Sequence record: OL362270.1
DNA from: Klebsiella phage 6937
Strand: one strand, 5' to 3'
Length of the DNA stretch: 43,359 nucleotides
Below, in pieces: positions 8,269-15,151 of the stretch (positions are counted from its first letter, which is position 1; each line of letters begins with the position of its first letter). The notes beneath the pieces were generated by a model. That model did no database searches. It had not been told where the DNA came from and saw only the letters and a list, made by a program, of their open reading frames with translations. The translations under genes and the position numbers were made by a program.

Positions 8269-8588
8269 CCAAAGAGATGCGAGAGTTTCTGACAGCGTGG
8301 CTGGCGTGGGCCGAAGGTGGTGCATGTAAGGACCATGAATACGGCAACATCTTCCGCCCGCATACAGGCCTGTGTGCTGCCCTTGATTACTGGACAGATG
8401 TTGTCGACGTCCCGTTCTACCAGCTGATTGAGGAGCTTGGTGATATGCTGGATGACGCCGGGCTGGACACGGAGTACCCGTTTGATACTGAGGACAGCTA
8501 CTCCGAAGCGGCCCGCCTCGGAACACATCACCTCAACCCAGCCCGCCTGGCGTGGGTACGTTCTAAACTGGAGAGCAAAGATGAGTGA
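8265..8588 (+). CDS. hypothetical early protein, Cys/His-motif paralog B (107 aa)
   Basis: Paralogous N-terminal motif (FLTAWLAWAEGGACKDHEYGNIFRPHTGLCAALDYW). Acidic C-terminal half. Confidence 0.55.
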   Translation: MTKEMREFLTAWLAWAEGGACKDHEYGNIFRPHTGLCAALDYWTDVVDVPFYQLIEELGDMLDDAGLDTEYPFDTEDSYSEAARLGTHHLNPARLAWVRSKLESKDE

Positions 8589-8994
8589 TATCTTCGTTGG
8601 TTTAAAAGTAAGGGCAGTGAAAAGCTGGGGAACTGCAATCGAGAACGTGGGGCGTATTGCGGTAGTCCGCACGGTCGATGCGGATAAAGTTTTCTATAAG
8701 TACGAGGGCAAACCCACCGTGTACCAGATTTCTACTGGCCGCTTTTGGGACCGCTTTGAGGAGGTCGATGATGTTAAACCTACTGGCGTCGCGGCGACTG
8801 CTGGTCACTGTGCTGGTAATGGCGGTCTCCGTGGGCACAGTGTTGGAGATGTATTCCCTGTGGTTGTGTATCAGCGCGGTACTCCGGGCTTTATAACCCA
8901 CTGGCTGCGCCTGCCCGACGGCCGGGACATTGGCCCGTACCACAGCTATGAAGATGTACACCGTGCCGCAGCATGGCACAAAGCTAACCTGTGA
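8581..8994 (+). CDS. hypothetical protein (137 aa)
   Basis: Start taken at internal ATG 8581 (MSDIFVGLKV...) with GGAGAG upstream. The upstream part of the six-frame ORF overlaps the previous gene in another frame. Confidence 0.5.
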   Translation: MSDIFVGLKVRAVKSWGTAIENVGRIAVVRTVDADKVFYKYEGKPTVYQISTGRFWDRFEEVDDVKPTGVAATAGHCAGNGGLRGHSVGDVFPVVVYQRGTPGFITHWLRLPDGRDIGPYHSYEDVHRAAAWHKANL

Positions 8995-9001
8995 GGGTAT
9001 T

Positions 9002-9232
9002 ATGACTGTTAAGATTAAAGAGCGCACACCAGCTAAGGCACTGGTTCACTTCCGCAACATCAAGCCCGGCCAGTTCTTCGTTTATTCGTCAGAACACAGC
9101 GAACGCAATCTGCAATTACGCACCGGCACCGGGGCTGTTATCGTAGAGACCGGCGTACACGACGAGGAGGACATCTACTCTAAAGATGCGGTGTTCGAAG
9201 TTATCCACGATGTAGATATCTTCTGGGGATAG
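9002..9232 (+). CDS. hypothetical small protein (76 aa)
   Basis: ATG 9002 with GTGAGGG upstream. Followed by a terminator hairpin. Confidence 0.45.
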   Translation: MTVKIKERTPAKALVHFRNIKPGQFFVYSSEHSERNLQLRTGTGAVIVETGVHDEEDIYSKDAVFEVIHDVDIFWG

Positions 9233-9242
9233 TGGTTTGCCG

Positions 9243-9267
9243 AAAGGCCTGCACTCGCGGGCCTTTT
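9243..9267 (+). terminator. rho-independent-type terminator (AAAGGCC-loop-GGCCTTTT)
   Basis: 7-bp stem (9243-9249 with 9260-9266), a 10-nt loop TGCACTCGCG, then a T-run. The loop carries the recurring CCTGCACTCGC motif. Confidence 0.55.
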
Positions 9268-9292
9268 ATCAATATCACTGTGGAGTTATGAG

Positions 9293-9505
9293 ATGAAACA
9301 AGATGTGTGCTTTAACGCCGCATTGAAGGCACAGCTGCGCCGCATTGCTGGCGACTGTGACGAAGAGATGTGGTGGAATATGTCCGAGCTTGAAGACCGT
9401 GCGATTCAAGCGCGTGAGAAGCTGCGCCGGATGTACGCAGAACGTGCCGATGCTGTCGGTATGTCACTTAATGGTTATTGTGCTCGCTTTGGAGTAAAGC
9501 TATGA
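9293..9505 (+). CDS. hypothetical protein (70 aa)
   Basis: SD GGAG upstream of the ATG. Charged, helical. Confidence 0.5.
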   Translation: MKQDVCFNAALKAQLRRIAGDCDEEMWWNMSELEDRAIQAREKLRRMYAERADAVGMSLNGYCARFGVKL

Positions 9506-9903
9506 AACTGAATAAAATGATGGTGCTGGTGTCGGCTGAATGTTCCGACCTGTGCGACTCTGAGAACGCAGACCGTACGTCCGAGCTGCGCCACTGGATT
9601 TACAATTCCTACCGCCACCGCTTTAGCCCCGCCCTCGGTAAGTACAACGGCAACACTGAGAACTCCTTCCTGATTCAGGTGGATGACTTCCGTGACGTTG
9701 GCTTCATCGCAGACAAGGCCGAGGAAATGAATCAGGAATCCATCCTAATACTGGATGCCCGCGACAAGGCATTCCTGTATTACCCGGCTACCAAAGCACT
9801 GGAGCCCATCGGCATCATGTTGAGCTGCCCACTGTCAGCCTTCAACGCTGAGCACCACACCGCTTACACAATCATCGGCGACATCGCCTACTACACCATC
9901 TGA
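9502..9903 (+). CDS. hypothetical protein (133 aa)
   Basis: Start at ATG 9502, coupled to the upstream stop (ATGA), with GGAG upstream. Confidence 0.5.
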   Translation: MKLNKMMVLVSAECSDLCDSENADRTSELRHWIYNSYRHRFSPALGKYNGNTENSFLIQVDDFRDVGFIADKAEEMNQESILILDARDKAFLYYPATKALEPIGIMLSCPLSAFNAEHHTAYTIIGDIAYYTI

Positions 9904-9913
9904 GGATATCACT

Positions 9914-10372
9914 ATGACTCGTAAAACTATCTCTGAACGTCGCATTGCTGGCGCTAACAAGCAGATTGCACAGCTGACCCAGGCGCTGCATGAGGCCCGT
10001 GAGTATGGCGAGGTGCTGGCAGAAGGCATCAAGGACAAGGACGGCCTGATTAAGCACCTGAAAGGCTCCAACAACCGCCTGCGGGCAGAGCTTGCGCAGG
10101 CTGAGCGCAACGTGACGACGGCCACCACCGCCTTAAACGACCTGTCGGATACCTCTGCGCGTATCATCGCGGACAAGGGTAAGGAGGTCAAGGACAAGTC
10201 TGACAAGATTGACTACCTGTACCGCCAGTACAGCCAAAGCCGCACCGAAATCCGCGATTTGAAAGATGCCCTGTTCGAGGTCACTAAGGATGCCCGCTCC
10301 TGGAAGCGTGGGTTCTTTGCGCTGGTCATTATCACAGTAATTGCACAGGTGGTGAATTATGCCTTTGGTTAA
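9914..10372 (+). CDS. coiled-coil protein with C-terminal transmembrane anchor (152 aa)
   Basis: SD GAGGA upstream. Long heptad-like charged region, then FFALVIITVIAQVVNYAFG at the C-terminus. Confidence 0.55.
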   Translation: MTRKTISERRIAGANKQIAQLTQALHEAREYGEVLAEGIKDKDGLIKHLKGSNNRLRAELAQAERNVTTATTALNDLSDTSARIIADKGKEVKDKSDKIDYLYRQYSQSRTEIRDLKDALFEVTKDARSWKRGFFALVIITVIAQVVNYAFG

Positions 10373-10874
10373 TAGCAGAACGCCGAACGCGGTGCCGGAT
10401 GAACAGCACCAGGGTACATACCAGATTAAGCCTGTGTCGGTCTTCATGTACGAAGAGGGTGTGTCTGTGGATACCCTGTCGGCTGTCGAGGTGGGTGAGC
10501 TGCTGCGCTACTACGGTGTGGACTCGGTTGCGGGGCTGCCTCCCATTGAGCCGAAGAAGCCTGCACTCGCAGACGCTCCAACGCACGGAATTGGTGAGAC
10601 CCGGCGCTTTGCATCAGGTGCGCCAGGATTGCAGAACCTGCCGAAGGAGGGTGCCCGGCGGATGTCTGCCCCGGAGGCATTCGCTGCGCCATATGGTCTG
10701 CCTGCTGAGGTGTGCGATTCTGTACCCCGCAAGGTGGTCAAGAAGCGCGAGGCCGCACAGACCGGGTCCCTGGCGTTTGATGCCACCCTCCTGTTACTCA
10801 AAGGCCTGAGCACCGAGCAGGCTGACTACGTGTTCCAACTTCTGGCTGAACAGCTGGGCTACGATATCCAATAA
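10359..10874 (+). CDS. hypothetical protein (171 aa)
   Basis: ATG with GGTGGTGA upstream. Pro/Ala-rich middle. No recognisable motif. Confidence 0.5.
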   Translation: MPLVNSRTPNAVPDEQHQGTYQIKPVSVFMYEEGVSVDTLSAVEVGELLRYYGVDSVAGLPPIEPKKPALADAPTHGIGETRRFASGAPGLQNLPKEGARRMSAPEAFAAPYGLPAEVCDSVPRKVVKKREAAQTGSLAFDATLLLLKGLSTEQADYVFQLLAEQLGYDIQ

Positions 10875-10885
10875 GGAAACCAACG

Positions 10886-11143
10886 ATGAACCTGATTACC
10901 ATTCTCCACAAACTGCTGGACCGTGCTTACCGTAAAGCGGCTGACCGCGCCACCGCCCGTGCTGTAAAAGCTGAGCGTCACCGTGATGCGTTGGCCGATG
11001 AGGCGCTGGAGTTGGCTGCAAAGCTGGCTGAGGTACAGCACGAACACCGCCACACCTTCTACGAAATTCAGGCCCAGCACAATGAGGCTGCGCGTATCGA
11101 AGCCCAGCGCCAGAAAGCCGCTGACCTGTTCGGAGGTATCTAA
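10886..11143 (+). CDS. hypothetical helical protein (85 aa)
   Basis: SD AAGGAA upstream. Ala/Arg-rich coiled-coil-like. Confidence 0.5.
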   Translation: MNLITILHKLLDRAYRKAADRATARAVKAERHRDALADEALELAAKLAEVQHEHRHTFYEIQAQHNEAARIEAQRQKAADLFGGI

Positions 11144-11145
11144 TA

Positions 11146-11618
11146 TGACCAAGCGCACAGTTAAATTCGACATCTCCGTATCCGGCAGCGCGGTGGTTGA
11201 CATCGACCACCTCTTATCCGTACTTAAATCCGTGCAGAATGAGTGGGCGCAGTATCTTTTGGAAGTGTATCACTCCGAAGGGGAGGATGCGCTGGCGGCC
11301 ACCTATGTACGGCAGGCGTACTCTGGCGGCTTAAACACCCAGCTTCGTGATTGGGCAGGCAGCAGCGGCCCAGATATCGAGCACGGTGGCAAGGCTAAGT
11401 TCGCCCCACCTCGCTGCACCACCGAGATTAAACCGAAGCGTGTTCTGTACGCCCGCGATGTTGCCATCGGCGGCCGTTATAAGTTCGACAGCCCGGACTT
11501 CGACGGCTACTACGAGGGCGTGTTCACACGAAACGGTGAGCGCTCCTCGGTCACCGCAGAGGGTGGGCATGTGCCGTGGGAAGGGCACGAGACCTGGCCA
11601 ATCGTGCTGGTAGTGTAA
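11146..11618 (+). CDS. hypothetical protein (157 aa)
   Basis: ATG 11146 with GGAGG upstream. The six-frame ORF extends upstream, but without an RBS. Confidence 0.5.
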
Positions 11619-11623
11619 AGCTA

Positions 11624-11647
11624 TAGCCCATTCTTCGGAGTGGGCTA
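11624..11647 (+). promoter_or_regulatory. conserved stem-loop TAGCCCA-ttcttcggag-TGGGCTA upstream of primase
   Basis: 7-bp stem with a 10-nt loop. It lies 5 nt after the previous stop and 23 nt before ATG 11670. It is a near-copy of the 6533-6557 element. Confidence 0.4.
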
Positions 11648-11669
11648 TGTCGATTACACAGGAGGAGTT

Positions 11670-12350
11670 ATGCAGAAATTAGAGGACCGTGAGTTCCTTA
11701 CGATTGCCAAAGGCCTCATGATTGGTGAGGTTACTAAGGTAATCCATAAGGGATGTGGTGCCCGCCCGGCGCTGCACATTGCTAATGAGGCGGACCGTTG
11801 GTGGGCGTACTGCCACAAGTGTCGCCGTAGTGGAAGTGTGAACAAGACGCTTCAACGGATTAAAGTGAAAGCGCCAGATAAGACCGGGTGGGTGCCTGCT
11901 GTGTTGAAGCCTGCGCAGGACTTCATCAACGAGCTGGTAGTGAATGACCGACTGCCGGAGTGGGTGTGGGAGCACATCACAGTGTTGAAGTATGCCCCCG
12001 ATACGAAGCGCATATACCTGCCAGACGGTGCCGGGCACCTGTGGGGGTACGATGCTACAGGTGCAGCGACTGCGCGGCTATACAGCCCGTACAAGCGGCC
12101 AGGTGCAGTCTGGATGCCTGCTACGGATAGCGACACCGTGTTCATAACGTCCAGCATCACACGATACTTGAACCATGTTCGTGATGGTTCCCGTGTTTAT
12201 CTGGTCGGAGCCAATGCGGAGTACGACCATTGTGTATGGTACGTGGCCGAGCACCCTGGCTTCGACTACGTAATCGACCGCAAAGCAAACTTCCATCCGA
12301 AGTTTATCCGCAATCTCAAACAATTCGGAGCTAAGTTAAATGGCAGTTGA
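11670..12350 (+). CDS. DNA primase (zinc-binding, T7 gp4 N-terminal-like)
   Basis: ATG 11670 after CAGGAGGAG. Cys-rich segment HKGCGARPALHIANEADRWWAYCHKCRRSGS resembles a primase zinc ribbon. Position immediately upstream of the helicase supports the call. Confidence 0.55.
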   Translation: MQKLEDREFLTIAKGLMIGEVTKVIHKGCGARPALHIANEADRWWAYCHKCRRSGSVNKTLQRIKVKAPDKTGWVPAVLKPAQDFINELVVNDRLPEWVWEHITVLKYAPDTKRIYLPDGAGHLWGYDATGAATARLYSPYKRPGAVWMPATDSDTVFITSSITRYLNHVRDGSRVYLVGANAEYDHCVWYVAEHPGFDYVIDRKANFHPKFIRNLKQFGAKLNGS

Positions 12351-13590
12351 TACGCTGTTACTCGCCGTGCTGGCCAACCGTTCCAAGTACAAAGCGCTGG
12401 CCAGCGCCGTACCGAAGGAGACCCTGGGCGCACAGACCGGGTGGCTTCTGGATGCGTATGGCAAGTTCTTCGAACAGAACAAGAAGAAGGAGCGCGTAGA
12501 CTTTGACGTGCTCGCCACTATGGTGCGACTCAAGCTGGATGAGACGGCCGCCGGGCCTGCACTCGCGCTTGTAGAAGCGGCTCGTAATTCGCGGGCCAGT
12601 GAGGAGCAGGAAAAGCTGGTGATTGCCGAGCTGTACGAGCGCCGACTGTCCGGCCTGGCTGCGTCGCTGGTTAACCGCTACGAGGATGGCGACGATGTTG
12701 ATATCTCGTATGAACTTTATCGCGTCGCAATGGAAACGCGGAAACTCCTGGGCACTGCTACAGACTCTTTGTTTAAAGAGCCGGACATCCATGAAATCCT
12801 GGCTGAACAGGCGAGCGACACGGGTCTCAAGTTCCCGCTCCTCTGCCTACAGGAACATGTCAAAGGACTCCTGCCGCCCGTTAACGTGGCGCTGTGCGCC
12901 GGGGTTGATAGTGGTAAAACGAGCTTCATTGCCCGAACGGTGGTGCATTGGGCTCCTCAGTGCGCCAAACTATTCCCCGGACGACCGATTCTCTGGCTAT
13001 CAAATGAGGGTGTGGTGCGTGAAATCTGGCCTCGCGTCTATGCTGCTGCTCTGAATAAGAACAGTCTAAAGATGGCCGAGCTGACCCGCGACCAGCTGTA
13101 TGCTCAATACGAAGCAGCGATGGGTGGCGACCGCTCTATCCTCAAGCTGCTGGATATCCACGGCTGGAGTATGGGGCAGGTGGCCGGGCTGGTAGAGGAG
13201 CTTAACCCGTGCGTCGTCATCCTCGACATGGTGGCTAACGTTCGTTGCAGCAAGCCAGTAACGGCACGCCACGAGATGATGGAGACCAACCTACAGGAGT
13301 GGCGTGAGATGCAGGCGCTGCACAACTTCATCGGCTTCTCCACCATCCAGCTGTCGGCCGACGGGCTGAACCAGCTGTACCCGGCGATGCACCACCTCAA
13401 GGATACCAAGATTGGGGCACAGGGCACGTTGGATGTGCAGATTATGATGGGCCGCCTGGACGACCCGCAACAACAAGGTCTGCGCGGATTCTCTACGCCG
13501 AAGAACAAGCGTAAGAAGGTCGGCAAGCCGGGCAACTTTAACGCACAGGTGTTCTTTACACCGGACACCTGTCACTACGAGGACGCATGA
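12340..13590 (+). CDS. replicative DNA helicase (DnaB/T7 gp4 helicase-like)
   Basis: Walker A-like GVDSGKTSF and Walker B-like VVILDMV. 416 aa. Gene order is primase-helicase-ligase-DNAP. Confidence 0.7.
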   Translation: MAVDTLLLAVLANRSKYKALASAVPKETLGAQTGWLLDAYGKFFEQNKKKERVDFDVLATMVRLKLDETAAGPALALVEAARNSRASEEQEKLVIAELYERRLSGLAASLVNRYEDGDDVDISYELYRVAMETRKLLGTATDSLFKEPDIHEILAEQASDTGLKFPLLCLQEHVKGLLPPVNVALCAGVDSGKTSFIARTVVHWAPQCAKLFPGRPILWLSNEGVVREIWPRVYAAALNKNSLKMAELTRDQLYAQYEAAMGGDRSILKLLDIHGWSMGQVAGLVEELNPCVVILDMVANVRCSKPVTARHEMMETNLQEWREMQALHNFIGFSTIQLSADGLNQLYPAMHHLKDTKIGAQGTLDVQIMMGRLDDPQQQGLRGFSTPKNKRKKVGKPGNFNAQVFFTPDTCHYEDA

Positions 13591-14543
13591 TGGCTAAGTT
13601 AGCGGTTCATAAGGGTATTCCCTACGAAGAGAAGCGCCTCCGGCAATGGCTGGAGGAGGATGGCAAGGTAGTCATCCAGATTAAGCGCGACGAGATTCGC
13701 TGCGTGGTGGAGATTCACGAAATCTGGGATGACGCCCAGGAGAATATAACCGCCCGCGCAGTGACCTACACCAGCGCCAGTGGTAAGCCGCTGTACAATC
13801 TGGGCTGCTTCGACAAGCACTGGCTGGACTTCTCGGCACGTACCGGACGCCGCAAGATTGACTGTGGTGTGGCCATCAATGACAGCTTCGACCTGACACG
13901 CCGAACGGTGATGGCGAAGACCAAGAAGTACGACCTGTCTGGCAACACGGTAAACACCATTGCAGGCGAGAAGAAGAAAGACCCGCCGCACTACGTCGGC
14001 CCGTTGCGTGCGATGTTCTGGCTGTACGATATCGTCGACCATTACGGCACGTATGAAGACCGCCGCCGGGCGATGGCCAGGTATGCTCTGAACTTCCCAG
14101 ACTTCCTGTCGTGCCCTGAGACGTTCGTCATCGGCAATTGTGGCGGGAACATCAACGTCGCGGTGCAGGTCGTCGAAGAGCACTTCCAGCAGGCGCTTGA
14201 CTGCAAGCACGAAGGGTTAATGATTAAACGCTTCTACCACTTCTGGGAGCCTCGCCGCACCACGAACTGGATGAAGCTGAAACCGGAGGCAGAAGTCGAT
14301 GTCGAAATCATCGGATATGTGGAAGGAAAAGGCGAGTTTGCTGGCCTGGTGGGAAGCCTTACCGGGCGTGCAGAGGACGGCAGCACAGTCGATTTTAGCG
14401 GGTTCACACTTGAGCTTAGACGTGCCATCTCTGCGGATTTTGAAAGCTATCTGGGACGCTGGTGTGAGGTTCAATACATGCAGCGAGACGCCCAGGGCGG
14501 CTACCGCCACCCTCGCTTCTTCCGCTTCCACCCGGATAAATAA
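13587..14543 (+). CDS. ATP-dependent polynucleotide ligase
   Basis: Motif I-like IKRDEIR (KxD(G)xR with G→E), motif IV EGLMIKR, motif V NWMKLK. The size of 318 aa matches small phage ligases. Confidence 0.6.
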   Translation: MMAKLAVHKGIPYEEKRLRQWLEEDGKVVIQIKRDEIRCVVEIHEIWDDAQENITARAVTYTSASGKPLYNLGCFDKHWLDFSARTGRRKIDCGVAINDSFDLTRRTVMAKTKKYDLSGNTVNTIAGEKKKDPPHYVGPLRAMFWLYDIVDHYGTYEDRRRAMARYALNFPDFLSCPETFVIGNCGGNINVAVQVVEEHFQQALDCKHEGLMIKRFYHFWEPRRTTNWMKLKPEAEVDVEIIGYVEGKGEFAGLVGSLTGRAEDGSTVDFSGFTLELRRAISADFESYLGRWCEVQYMQRDAQGGYRHPRFFRFHPDK

Positions 14544-14566
14544 ACAACAACTGCTGGAGGATATCT

Positions 14567-15151
14567 ATGAATCCTGTAACTCTCAATAACCTTAAAGAGC
14601 AACGCGATATACTGGCGGAGCTGGCTTGTGTGGACAGCTACCGGGTATTTCTGGCTGGAGGCTGTGTTCGTGATGCGGCCGCAGGTCTTGAGCCGAAGGA
14701 TTACGATTGCATCATCCTGAATGACAAGGCGGACCCGTGGGACGAACCAAGTTCCTTCGCATTAGCCGAGCGGATAGCCCGTGACTGCCGTGAGATGGGT
14801 GCTTCGGTTGCCATATACCAGGCCTACGGTAATGCAGCCGGTGCCGATGCGCACGACCTGACCGGACGAACCCGTGACTTCGACGACAATATATGGTGCG
14901 GTATCCATGTGCAGTTCGGAGACGAAACGCCGTACGATATCCTACTGTCCCGGCACTCTGATATTGAACATGTGATGAATAGCTTCGATTGCAACTGGAA
15001 CCAGCAGTGGATTCATGATAGTGTCCACAACTACTGGACCCGGCAGTATCCCCTGACCTTCACGGGTAATCCGTTGCGCGATGGCCGTGAAGAGTACATC
15101 CGCAACAAATACAACGAGGTATTTAATGTCCATAACAGCACTGGTTCATGA
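14567..15151 (+). CDS. Pol-beta-superfamily nucleotidyltransferase (CCA-adding / poly(A) polymerase head-domain-like)
   Basis: RVFLAGGCVRDAAAGLEPKDYDCIIL matches the GGxVRD...D.D head-domain signature of class II tRNA nucleotidyltransferases. The protein is only 194 aa, so it has the head domain only. Confidence 0.55.
   Translation: MNPVTLNNLKEQRDILAELACVDSYRVFLAGGCVRDAAAGLEPKDYDCIILNDKADPWDEPSSFALAERIARDCREMGASVAIYQAYGNAAGADAHDLTGRTRDFDDNIWCGIHVQFGDETPYDILLSRHSDIEHVMNSFDCNWNQQWIHDSVHNYWTRQYPLTFTGNPLRDGREEYIRNKYNEVFNVHNSTGS

Noticed and set aside
15081-15125. Upstream extension of the DNA polymerase ORF (start at 15081)
   Set aside because: It overlaps the preceding gene by 70 nt without an RBS. 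ATG 15126 is preceded by GAGG and gives a conventional coupled arrangement.
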